This document shows, one piece after another, positions 1 to 11,515 of a stretch of DNA of 64,000 nucleotides (positions within the stretch are counted from its first letter, which is position 1; every line of letters begins with the position of its first letter). Under the pieces are notes generated by a model. The model made no database searches. It was not told where the DNA came from and saw nothing but the letters and a program-made list of their open reading frames with translations. This stretch comes from Chlorokybus atmophyticus (taxonomy: Eukaryota > Plantae > Mesostigma and Chlorokybus algae): the NCBI GenBank assembly GCA_009103225.1, contig RHPI01003491.1, positions 26,601 through 90,600 on the forward strand, written 5' to 3'. The position numbers were made by a program, and so were the translations under genes.

Positions 1-999
1 TGAATGGGGCAATCCCATAATCTGGCAAATGATCGTGCAATGCTGGTCTTACGCCGTTACTACACCTGGTCGCCGGCAGCTGACAGTCAACCACCTCGCA
101 TACCTGTTGCTTACGGTGAGCACTCTGAACTCCATCATTAGCAATTCAGGAATGCTGTAGCCCCAAACTACAGGCTTGCAGACGCGTTGCAGTGAATAGT
201 GGCTTTCGATGCCACTAAGACATGCCTGTAAACTACGCAGGTGGAGCGCATCTCAAAGGGCAAGGATGGAGACCCTCTCCTAGCTGCCAGCATAGACACA
301 CATGAAGAGTACCTCAGCGAAATCAACACCATGATCAATGAAGCGGGAGATGAGGCAACGGTACGCAGCCCTCCAGCCATTCACCCTTGTGAAATGCCGC
401 ACTGCATCTTGTGTTGAAAATCTGAAAGATCCCAATCAACACCGGCCGCAAGAGACAGCAGCTCGTGACCCGCTCGCTGAGGCAGAAGCGGCATTGGATT
501 GGCTGGCACAACCGTTTGAGGAGGAAGAGCAAGCTCCGGCGTCTCCTCCACAGGCCCCAGCGCGTGGTGCTTTGTTCCATAATGACGAGACCAGCGATGA
601 TGGAGAGGAGCTGTAGCGCAGTTGGTAGTCCGTTTAGCTGGTAGTGTACATAGCTACAAGGCTCTTGTGACTGAGTGTTGTGGATCTTAAACCAGCTCAG
701 TCAATCGTCATTATGCTCATGCATGTCAATACTTGCATCCCTATGATATACAACAGAACTGCAGTCGAGTCACATAATCGAACTACAAGCCTTGGCAAGT
801 GACTGAGAGACATTGCACACATTTCATGTACCTGTACACAGCACATGCACATAACAATGTTGGCAGTCAGTGACAGTCGCGTGTAGTCAAGCTATGCAAA
901 TACTTATGACGACAGTTAGGCATTGGTCACCTTCAGTTGTTTTCAAGAATGCCTCAACTTGTCGATAATTACCTAATTGGTGCTTGTGAATTAGGCTTA

Positions 1000-1280
1000 G
1001 TCGCCTGCGCTGGACTGGTGTGTAACCTGCAGGTGCCTGTCACATAAGCTGAGTCACCTAAATAAGACTGATGTGTAATTTGCAAGTGCCTGCTAATTAG
1101 GTGTAGTCACCTGTTAAGGTCTGATGTGAAACTTACAGGTGCCTGTAAAATATATAAAGTCACATGTTAAGGCCTGATGTGTAACTAACATGTGCCTGTA
1201 AACTATATAAAGTCATCTGTTAGGGCCTGATAGGTAACTAACAGGCGCATGTTAATTAGGCATAGTCAACTGTTAAAGAT
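1000..1280. repeat. Degenerate 53-bp tandem array (5-6 units)
   Basis: GTC(A/G)-initiated units start at 1000, 1053, 1106, 1159, 1212 and 1265 (period 53), e.g. gtcacctgttaaggtctgatgtgaaacttacaggtgcctgtaaaatatataaa / gtcacatgttaaggcctgatgtgtaactaacatgtgcctgtaaactatataaa. Confidence 0.85.
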
Positions 1281-1296
1281 TAAATTGTAACAAAAA

Positions 1297-1331
1297 GGGC
1301 CTAATAGTAACGAAAGTTACTATTAGGTCCC
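1297..1331. other. Hairpin with 12-bp perfect stem and GAAA loop
   Basis: gggCCTAATAGTAAC gaaa GTTACTATTAGGtccc. Confidence 0.8.
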
Positions 1332-2554
1332 TGTATCAAGATTACAGGTGGACTCAGCCACAACAGTCTAGATTAGTGTCCTCGGGTGCACGGCCGTTGC
1401 CAATATTTAGTCGGCCGGCAGGGAAGACATATTTCGACGTAAACTGCTGCGTCGCCATGTGTGTGGACCGTGGACAAGTTGCTTCATATGCACGAGCCTA
1501 AGGGCGCACAGCCTAAGGCATGAGGAAATGTGTTTATCCTCACGCCCGAGAAGCAGGGCTCAACATTCACATATTCAAGGAAATATCCACAGCTATCCGC
1601 ACGACTCTCGTGACTACAGCAGCATGCAGACCATCGCTGCACTGCTTCCTCACCCCCAGCATAGTTCCTCTAATGCTCTTTAACATAGTTCAGCGCTTGA
1701 CTCCGCGCAACACAACAGCTGTCATGCTAACCGGCCAGAAGAGTTCAAGCTCTTCGTGTATGCCTACATCCGGCTTGCCTCTCGAGCTATTAGCATCACA
1801 ATTCCCTTCAACAAGTTCAACTCTCCCACGCTACTGGCGTCAGTTTTTTACCAGTTTAATGACAGTCCTCGTAGGCACCCCATGTAGCTGATACGTTGAA
1901 GTTTCAACCCTACACCCTCGACTTCCTAGCAATTCATTGGAAACGTCACGACCACCCAGCCTCGCAATCCAATCACGACCTTAAAACTTCCGAACATGAG
2001 GTCTTTCGATCCTAGCTGACCCATCGCGAGTCCACCACGCTGCCCGTAGACGGACTCGCCTCTGCCTGTGTACACCAGTTAGTGCAGTAGTGAACAAACA
2101 ACGAATTACTGTGACTAGACCGGTTAAGGTTGCTGAACTAATGGCTCAGATGAGTTCATATGAGTATAAGTAGACAGACCGTTTACTTGTATAGTTGGTG
2201 AAACTATGAGTGCATATGAATATGAGCGCATATAAACTTGAGAAAGTGTGATAGCAACTTATGTTTTGAAGCCTGGAATTTGCTATTGCATGCTGTGATT
2301 GTTATGCTGAACGAGACTCAAAGACAACACGTTGTGAAGGGGTGCGACTACACACAGCAAGCCGTCCCAGTTGCCAAGAAGCCTTCATACCCATGAGAGA
2401 GTGCAGCGTCTGCAGCGCGTGCACTGTTTCTCAATGCTTGTGAGCTTGATTGCATTGTGGGCACGGTGTGAACACTTACCATCCGGGTGTGGCATCACTT
2501 TGTTGCTACATTCATTAACCTCACTTATTAGTTTATATACCCAGTTTCACTCAC

Positions 2555-2570
2555 GCAAGGTTTCGTAGTG
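2555..2570. mobile_element. Possible right terminus of a CACTA (EnSpm) element
   Basis: gcaaggtttcgtagtg followed by aca resembles the right end of the CACTA at 38007 (gcaagatttctgtagtg, aca). No matching left CACTAC end was found in 1-2550. Confidence 0.3.
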
Positions 2571-4328
2571 ACAGCACTAAATCTAGTAGCGGTTTATTGA
2601 CTTGCAGTTAATCAGTAGCTAAGTATCATGACTCCTCGTTCTACCTCATCCTTGGCATCATAGTCACCTTTCCACACTTCCAGCAGGGGGGGTACTCTTT
2701 TGCCTTTACCCATGACTACAGCAGCACGCAGACCATCTCGCTGCACTGCTTCCACCCACAGCACAGTTCCTCCAATATTGTTTGAGCCAGTTAAACGCTC
2801 GACCCTGCACAACCCGACAAAGGTCATGGCCGTTACATTGTGTGTGCGTGTGCGTGTATGTCTTTTGTATTAGATGACATATTAATCGTAGAGCAGATAG
2901 ATGGCAGCCTGCTTGGAGGGACGGCAGTCGCCAAGCTGAAGAAGCACTTCGTTGTTGCGCTGGATCCTAGATTGCAGCGGATGTGTCAATCCCGCGCTCG
3001 CGTCCGTTAAGAGGTGGGTTCGGCAGTCCAGCAGTGGCCGCATCCACGACTTCGCTCGCTGCTTTGTCGTGCAATTGCTGGACGCCGTGGCTTCGCCGGG
3101 CGTCTAGCAGTTGCAAAGGCGCGAGAGTAGGGCCTTCTCTTGCGCCTTTGCTGGACATGTCCTCGATCTCGTCGCTGCCATCCGGAGTGATGCCTTCGCA
3201 ACAGCCCGGCGTGAAGGACTTTGCAATGTTTTTAAGAGATGCAAGATTTGGCCCGCCTTTTGGTGATGACATGCCAGCTGTAATAACACAATTGCTTAAG
3301 GGTGTGAACTAGTCGATGCATTCTGATTGATCTTTCCACTCTTCACTCACCAACAAGTGCGGCAACATTCTCTTATATTGAGCTATCAGCTTTGTCAAGC
3401 AACGTCGAAGGGAGAGAAGAGAACGCGTGTTGTGGCAGTCAACATCGCTGCTTGTGGGGCGCAGCTACATGTTCAACCTTACGTGCACGTACTGGGATAG
3501 CAGGTGATGGAGGAGGAGAAGGAGCGGCCCCCGGGCCAAGCGCTAGAGTTGGTAGAGGCAAACGGGGCGGGCAATGCGGTGCAGTGCAGGGGGAGGGCTG
3601 GCGAAGGAGGGGGGGAGGGGACGGACGCGGATAAGGGATGGGAATGGGGTGGAGAAAGGGGAAGGGGAGGGGGGGGGGGCTAAACTATATCCATAGTATC
3701 CGTGTGAATGCTGAAGTGGCGCTTGAGATTGGCCAGCGCTGTTTGGAATGATTCACGCCACGCACCAAGCAGTGTACGCCATTGCCATTACCTTTCATTC
3801 ATTCAGAATCGCCTGACACAATCTACTGATGCCTTGGCCGCACATGCGTCATCTTTTCCGCACGCGTCCTGCTGGCTTGCTTGCTTGGTAACCCAATCCA
3901 ACTCGTATCAGGCCGGAACGACGCGTTGGTCGTAGCCGCGGCGCCCTCCTTACGAAGCAAACCGCCGAGTGCTTGCTAAGCAGACCGCCGCCAACATCCA
4001 TTGCAAAAATTGCGAAGTCGCCAGGCCGCGGCCTTCTTGCCGACAAGCTGTTTGATAGCTAATAGCAAGGCCGGACTGGAGCTGGGTAAGCTCTTACTGC
4101 AAAGAGTATGCGCTGCTGTACCCAGCTTGCGGGCGTTGCAAGCAGAATGCTTGGCGGGCTGCCAGGCGCAGTCAACCTAGGCTGGCTCAGCAGGCCTGCT
4201 GAGGCATTGCGGGCAGCGCCCATGCTGCTGCAGCGTATAAATGTCTAGCTCGCTCGCTCCTTCTTTGTATGTGTGGGTGGGTAGGTGCGCGGTTCTGGCT
4301 GCCTGTTGGCCGTCATTCCCAAAGCACG

Positions 4329-6649
4329 ATGATGGCGCCGGCTTGGCGTCTGCCTCTGCTGCTGCCGTTACTGTTGCTGCTGCTCGGCTCAGGTAAGAGC
4401 TGCCTGTTTAGCTGAGTGCTTGCAGCTGGCTGTCGACAAGAAACTGCATAACTCCGGCTGCCTTCGCCGCAAAGCTTTTGCATGGTTGCTTACGCTCATG
4501 TTTGCTTGAATGCAGCCCGCAAGGCGTCTGCTGTATCCGACCAGGAAGGTGAGTGTGATTGCAAGTCTGCCACATGCACACGCATGCCGCTCGCGTGCAA
4601 TGTCCTCAGGTTTTGCATGGACTGTGATACACGGGGATGTGCAGTCACACTCCTATGCTCACGCTCTGTTGCACCATTGGCAGTTGCGGCTATTCAGTCG
4701 CTGCAGGCGGCCGTCTACTATGTGGATGGCGCCGGCAAGCAGGTGCAGGGGCCTCCCCTCTGGCCTTCCACCCTGACCGGCTACAACGTCTGCAACCTTT
4801 CTGGGATCTCTTGCACCAACGGAGCCATTACGACCTTGTGAGTGACAACTGCGTGCTCTTGTTGGAACTAACTTGCTGTTGTCACTGAGTCACTCAGTTC
4901 TGATACATTGCATATCTGTCAGGGACTTGTCCTATAAGACAAGCAAGTACCAAAAGCTCCAGAATAACCAGCCCTTGACCGCGCTCAACAAACTCACTAA
5001 CCTGCAAAAACTGTAAGTTTGCTGCACAACGGCATTGATTGTTCTTACAGGTTGTTCGGCAACATGTTCATAGGCTGCTGGCTTCGTGGGCCGACCCTCA
5101 TGCAGACATCTCTCAATCACCATTACATGCTCTTTGCTACGCAGATACCTCCAAGGCAACGCTTTTACTGGTCCGCTACCCAATCTAAGCGGTCTCACCG
5201 GCTTGGTCGAATTGTAAGTTGCTACTGAGGTTTAACTATGAGATCCGTGCCATGGGCTACTATTTACTGCAGCTGCCTCTGAGATTGCGCATTGCCAGAC
5301 ACTCTTCTTATTGACCTTATTATGTTGACATGTCATTGATGCACTGCGGGCATACTTTAAGAAATTGTATATGTGGGTGCAGGTTGCTGGGTTACAACGC
5401 ATTTTCTGGAACATTGCCGCCCGAGTGGAGTAACCTCAACAACTTGAAGTTCTTGTAAGTGCATGACAGGGTTCTACTGGTAGCACTCATGCTTCTCTTG
5501 TTTGCGATGACCGATGTTGTTGAGGCTGACATGCATACATCATGATGCAGATCCCTTAGTGACAACCCGCTCTCGGGGCCGTTGCCGCCAACATGGGGCA
5601 GTTTGATCAACCTACAGCGGCTGTAAGTAACATACCGTGCATGTTCAACGGGTTGTCATACCCATGACACATTGTTCCACTCGATCTCTTATATGTGTTT
5701 GTAGCATGTATTACTATGTGTGACATATGGTGCATACTTGTGGTTGTGCAGCGAAATGTCGACGAACAGATTAGTTGGCGAGTTACCGTACGAGTGGGGT
5801 AGCTTGACAAACCTCAACTACATGTAAGTGCTAATCAAGAGTAAGCATTTTTGTTCATGATTGGCCTGGTGATCACCAGGCAAACTCGCTTGTTTTGCAT
5901 ACCAGTGAAAGGACTTCTCTCATGGTAACACTTACATACATGAGCAGGTATCTGAGCAAGAACCAGCTTGCAGGACCTTTGCCAAGCGCACTGAGCAATC
6001 TGGTCAACCTAAGCTATTTGTGAGTCATAAGATGTTTCAGCTAACGAGCTGTTGTAGCTATCAGCGTGATGCATGTGTTGATCTATATGATTGATGCACG
6101 ACAGTTTCATGATGTGTACACAAGCACATGTGCTTCATGCAACTTACGATGCAGAATGGTGGTTTTGCAGAGATCTGACAGGCAACAAGTTTTTTTGGGT
6201 GATACCGTCCGAGTGGGGCAGATTGACCAATCTGCGCACCATGTAAGTAATGGCGGTCATGAATGCGGACGTGTTTTCTTTGCAAGAGTGACTCAATTGT
6301 CTATGGACTGTTCACTAGCAAGGCAAGAGTCCTGCATGCTAACATTTGGCTGCATGGTTAGATATCTTGGTAACAACCAACTTTCTGGACCATTGCCGAG
6401 CACATTGAGCAAACTGGTCAGCCTACAAACTTTGTAAGTTGCAACTCTTGCTCATCAACCCTTGCTATGTACCAGTCGCTGTAATGCACGTATGACTCTG
6501 ACTCTCATATGCACAATGACATGCTTCACTGTGCGCAGTGATGTACACGGCAACGCTGAACTTTGCGGAAATTCTCCCGCCCTCAGTCCAAGCGTGCGTT
6601 ACACCGATTACAGTGGCACTAGCATTGGCAGCAACTGCCCATCGTCCCG
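4329..6649 (+). CDS. Secreted plant-type leucine-rich-repeat protein, spliced, copy 1 (3' end uncertain)
   Basis: Exons 4329-4392 (signal peptide MMAPAWRLPLLLPLLLLLLGS), 4516-4548, 4684-4837 (LRR N-cap ...VCNLSGISCTNGAITTL), 4923-5012, 5145-5213, 5383-5454, 5551-5622, 5752-5823, 5948-6019, 6171-6242, 6362-6433, 6539-6649 (C-cap DVHGNAELCG...C). All introns are GT-AG with consistent phase. The 72-nt exons each encode one LxLxxNxLsGxLPxxWxxLxxL repeat. Confidence 0.9.
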
Positions 6650-6709
6650 GTGGGTGTGCAGCTGGCAGCCATGATGGAAGTGTGGGTGCAGTAAGACCCG
6701 CTCTCTCAG

Positions 6710-6883
6710 TCTTTCACCAATCGACTAGAGCCTCTTCGAGTGTATTGCCAGCAGAAGGCCTGCTGCTTCAAGTGCCAGTGCACACCCCATCATCTGTTCT
6801 TTTCCTTCAACCGGAGCAACCGCGTCTGCAATCTGTATGCCTTGGCTGCGCGGACCCCTACCTGCCTCCCTTGCAGTACATAG
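6710..6883 (+). other. Cys-rich reading frame resembling a PAN/Apple module, possible downstream exon of the LRR gene (paralog 32580-32753)
   Basis: Translates SFTNRLEPLRVYCQQKACCFKCQCTPHHLFFSFNRSNRVCNLYALAARTPTCLPCST* after a ctctctcag acceptor. Splicing phase to exon 12 is unresolved. Confidence 0.3.
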
Positions 6884-7065
6884 TTGCCACCTGGGGTGGT
6901 GATAGAGCTTGTGGTAGTTACTCAACCCGTGCATTGCATCTCCCTCCCAAACCTGCTTCCTTGGCGGTGTTGTTGTAGTCATAAACGTGGTGTCGCACAT
7001 GCCCAGTAGTCAAGCTTACTTAGATTTCAAGAGACATCCCACCATAGTTTGCATACCCAAACCCA

Positions 7066-7083
7066 ACTCTCTCTCTCAAACCC

Positions 7084-7150
<67 letters not shown>

Positions 7151-7151
7151 G
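7066..7151. repeat. (CT)n/(GT)n compound microsatellite
   Basis: Read directly; longer paralog at about 32943-33076. Confidence 0.95.
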
Positions 7152-7335
7152 TGCCAACATTAGAGTACGAACTCTTCAAACAATGTCACGTACATGTGCA
7201 ATCTGCAGTACTGCGCTACAGCTTTCAGTCTGCCAGTGGCCTTCTGGTCAGATAGTTGGATGCCTCATCATGGTTGTGGGTGAGCGCTGATGTATACATG
7301 TGAATCCATGCACATCTCGCTGCAATACTAAGCAG

Positions 7336-7430
7336 CCTGCGGTCCCAAGGACCATGCCAGCAGCTTCTCCTCCTCTTCCTTCTCCTCCTCAAATGTCTCC
7401 TCCTTCGCACGCACCTCCACGCGCATGTTC
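7336..7430 (+). other. Pro/Ser-rich exon-like segment (paralog from 33262)
   Basis: After taagcag: PAVPRTMPAASPPLPSPPQMSPPSHAPP, like linkers of LRR cell-surface proteins. Splicing is not established. Confidence 0.3.
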
Positions 7431-8439
7431 ATGCAACCTCGCTGTTGTGCAACAGTGCAAAATCAGCACTACCTGCTTGCTTCGTGTTGTAATTCTGTGT
7501 CTGTGTTACACAAACGAGCAACATGCACGCAATCATGCACCTTCCGGTGCAGCGCAGCGCAACCAGCAGCATCTGGCTCCAAGGTCTCTCCCCTGCGCAA
7601 GGAGTTTGCCGCCACCTCCTTGTGGGGAGAGTCTCTGCGCTGTGTAGGGTGTGTTTCTATAATTACCTCCAACGGTGAAAGCAGTTGCAAGCACGTACTT
7701 GCAACTCAGTATTGAGGAAGGTAGTTAGCATATTTGAATGCCTACTTTACTTATATGTGACTTGTGGTAGGCATTGATGTGAGTGAGTGCGACACGCTCC
7801 TTGAACATTCCACGGTTTGACGTATTCAACATCCCGTGGTATGCATGCGCAAGCTGTTGTATCACGCACAGCACCAGCTACCAAAACAACCATGCGTTGA
7901 CAAGCTTCAATGTAGGAGGCATCATGATGTCCCTTGGGTTATATTGGATGTTCAACTCTACATATACCGTGTGACATGCTTTCAACAATCCCCCTTAGTA
8001 GACAACGTCCAGTTGTACATACAGAGCGTTAAGTTGCACGTGTTCCAACAGAAAACACCAGCGCCACCAACAACGACCAGACCGCAGACCCAAAGGACTC
8101 CACCCGCTGCATCTAAGTGTGTGCGCTGGTGTGTGTGCACACGGGAGCTTGTGCATAAGTGTTTGCATGTCCGCATGTACGTGCATGCTCTCCCAAGAGA
8201 GTGTGCACACACTTGTATGGCTTGCTGGTGCTTTCTGCACAGGGCCCAACCAAGGCCTGTCCAGAAGGATTTGGGTATATCGCCATGTGGGGCATGCATC
8301 AATGTCCGCACATGGTGCATCAAGCAGTCTGTGTGCAACTCACTAGGCTGCCTCAATGTGTGTGCAGCACCAAGATTTTGTTACTTACGATTCTCCACAC
8401 TTTGTATGTAATGTGGCGACTCTGAGTTGTCTGGCAGTA

Positions 8440-10444
8440 AGCCTTGTCGGCATTATTTCGGCTTCACTGTAGCAGCTGGATGCGAGCGCATTTGCAAAAG
8501 TGCAGGTTGCCTCCTTGCTGAAGCTCACCTACCCTAATCCTGCCTGTTTTCCTCATTGCTTTGACCTCTACAAAGTTCCAGTCCCCTCCAACTACTGCCC
8601 AACCCGCCGGTGGAAGGGATGAGGAAAGCGAAGAGAAAAAAAAAACGGCGCTCCTCCGAAGAGTTTGGTGAGTAGACATAAATCAAAATGAGGATGCCCC
8701 CCTCCCAACAAAAACGTACCCAGCAGCAGCGAGAGGGGACTGCCACCCCCCTCATCAGTCAGCATGTGTTGCCACGAGTGGGGGTAGAGTATTCCAACAC
8801 CTCCACTGTTGCCGTGCGACGCAGCCCATACTGACCGGCCTGCCCAGAAGCGCTTGAGCCAGGAGGCGTGCCTAGAGTTAGTGATCTTAGTTCCCTGAAG
8901 AGAGAGAGCGTGAAAGCGCCCGCACCGCCACTCCTGTAGGCGCGCAAGCAAAGCTAGACGCTTAGAAACGCCAGAGCTGGAACGCACATTGGCAATGCCC
9001 TGCACATTTTAGGAAGTAAATGATAGCAAGGTTTATTATGGTATCAGCGGAAGAAAGGAAAGTAAAAACCTAGACGCCGGGGGGTGCTTGCAGAAGTGAG
9101 CCCGTGTGGTAGTCGTCAGCAGCCAAAGCCGTGGCAACCGCGTCCTCATAGGTGACGCAACAAAGGAAAAAGACACAAAGCCTAGGCCTGCTAGTGCAGC
9201 GCATGTCGCAATCATGGTGACATACCGTCATGCTTGCGTTTGGCGGTTCTGAGTTGGGCACCTGCTGGAGCTGCTCCGAAGAGAGGGCTCGGGGGCGGAG
9301 CCGCTCGACGTGCGGAGGGCCTGCAGTTGGCTCACGGGGGGAGTGCTGTACGAACTGCGTGCGTCCAGCTCTGAGCCGGCGTGATGCCACTGCCCGACTG
9401 CGTTCAGGAGGGCTTGACCCAGAGACTGAGATCTGCCCAGAGTGCGAGAGGCCACATGATTACTCCACTCGGAGAGCGTGCACCACTTTTGCAAAGAGTG
9501 TGGGAGGGCCATCATGTTCTCTGGAGCAGCCACAGGGACAAGCGCGTACGCGGTGGACACGCCTGACACCTCAAGACAACGGAGGGTCACGTTGTTCATC
9601 CAGTACTCCAGCTCCAGCTCAAAGCTGGTCTGAGAGCGGGGCATGGACACTTCACCAAGGGCGTCCAGCACCTACTTGCGCCACCAGCCTTCCGGAGAGT
9701 CATGTGTGTGTGAAGGAGGCGGGGCACGGATGAACTTGGGGCCGGTAGTGTGCCCAGGGTTAGTGAGGAGCATTGCCGCCGGTGAGGCAGTAGAGTGCGC
9801 TCTGCGGGTGACCACAGGGACAAGCAGTAGGCGGTGGGAATCCGCCTCAATGCTGAGTCCTGCTGCGCGGAGCCAAGAAGAGAGGGGTTGAGACTGCGGG
9901 GCCACCTTCACAAGCGGTGGCGGGCTTGGAAGGGGTGATGGCGCCGTTGATATGGCCGGCGGCGGGGGCATGCGATGTGCCTCCTCCGCAGCTGTATCCT
10001 CGATGAGGAGGTCTTTATCATCTTCTAGCATGTCCGCCCTTGAGGACGACTCTTGGAGAGGAGAAGAGCGGCTAGCCGACTGGCTGGCTTGAGCTGCTTG
10101 CGCAGGTGACAAGTCCTGCTGGGGAAGATCCCCACACTGAGTAGCCATCGGCTGTGAGAAAGGAGGAACTGGCTGCGGGCCAACCGTGGGCATAGAGCCG
10201 AAGTGAAACCCTTCAAACTGAGTGGGGGGAGGGCGGGAGCGGTGCTCTGCACCCACCTGCTGCGCGGGCCCGCGTGCTGCTGCGCACCAAAGTTGGCACG
10301 TCCGCTTGCTGGCTTTGTAATAGCCGGGGTCTTACGCTTCGCTCGCTTGGGGCGCTGAGTCTGCCATCCTTCCGAATCCCGAAGGGGGAGGGGGATGGAG
10401 TGGCTCTGTCGTAGCAGACAGACACTCCACAAAGCCCGCGGCAT
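8440..10444 (-). mobile_element. Decayed L1/Tx1-like non-LTR retrotransposon (ORF1 remnant plus APE endonuclease), copy 1
   Basis: Minus-strand motifs across frameshifts: FTS*NVQGI (stop 9009-9011 where W is expected), SLQGTK (LQET-like), GGVGIL, LIYVYSPN, VVGGDWNFV. Upstream ORF1-like fragments include CPECERPH. No RT is recognisable. Confidence 0.75.
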
Positions 10445-11001
10445 TTTAGACAGTTGTTTATCTAAACATTTGTGTCCATAGTTCAGTTAACTGTGTTGTC
10501 AGTTAATTGTGAATGGCCAGTGATAGCTGAATGTTGAAACATTTGTATCTATATTACATGCAAATGTGTTTGTAATAGAGACTAACACGGATAGACACAT
10601 GCAGCTTGCATTCAGATGCTACAAATGCATTCTTGGATGCAATAGTCTAAGAATGTTTGCCCTTTTTTAAGTATGTCAATCTGTAGTATAGATGTTTGCA
10701 TCTATAATTGGAATGCCTATGAGGTTTTTTCCAATGTACTTATGAGTATTTCAGATGCAAAAAGACATGATATGGATTGCAAATGAGCCATGACATATGC
10801 AATTGGTACAACAATATTTGTTCTGAACACTTGGGCCTACTGCTTGGCAATGGTACCTAACCAGCACTGTAGTGAACATACATATGTCCACCCAACTAGC
10901 ACAAGCACTACGTCCAGACACTCTTGTACGACATGTAGACACTGGGCTCCGTATCTGACTCCACCCCACTGGCTCCATGTAAAACCCTGCCACGCACCTC
11001 C

Positions 11002-11515
11002 TGTAACAATTGGGGCCCGACCACAAGGCTATGGTAGTAAAAGACACTACCATGAGTGAGGTCTGTCACAATCTATCCCATGTGTGACATTCCTCCCCAA
11101 TTTAACCCATGAGTTCCTTATAATAATCCATTAAGGCACTAGCCCACATCGCCGTGTTCGCGGCTGTACCACGATGGTCTACCCGCGGCCTGTTGGATCC
11201 GGGCCACGAACGGTCCTAACCGATCGAACGGAGATCTGCCATCGCAGCGCGACCGCTCACGCAGCCTTAGGTTGAACTGGCTCGGCGCGCAGGTCGTGAT
11301 CCCGCGTTCAGCCTAAGGCAAGCCGCCCCAAATGTTTTTATTTATTTGTTTTTGCCTTGGATCTGCATCACTCCCCTACGGGAATTAAACCTGAGACGTC
11401 AAGCTCCGTTACCATTGTAACAATTGGGGCCCGACCACTAGGCTATATAGTATATATGGTAGTAAAAGACACTACCATGAGTGAGGTTTGTCACAATTTA
11501 TCCCAATTCGTGACA
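11002..11515 (-). mobile_element. TRIM (miniature non-autonomous LTR retrotransposon), copy 1
   Basis: Terminal repeats 11002-11089 and 11416-11515 with TG..CA ends. TSD CCTCC at 10997-11001 and 11516-11520. PBS TGGTAACGGAGC at 11403-11414 (minus) and PPT GGGGAGGAA at 11090-11098 (minus). Confidence 0.9.

Noticed and set aside
1000-1280. CRISPR-like periodicity
   Set aside because: Whole units are degenerate copies with no unique spacers, there are no cas genes, and the context is eukaryotic.
1610-2830. Diverged direct repeat of about 115 bp (1610-1730 versus 2715-2830)
   Set aside because: Looks like two old relics of an unidentified repeat; no frame gave a recognisable protein.
3636-3680. 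G-quadruplex-capable G tract about 650 bp upstream of the LRR start
   Set aside because: The motif is present, but such tracts are common in GC-rich algal DNA and nothing supports function.
5019-5228. LFGNMFIG segment as an additional LRR exon
   Set aside because: It lacks the repeat consensus and a suitable donor. Exon 4 splices in phase directly to 5145.
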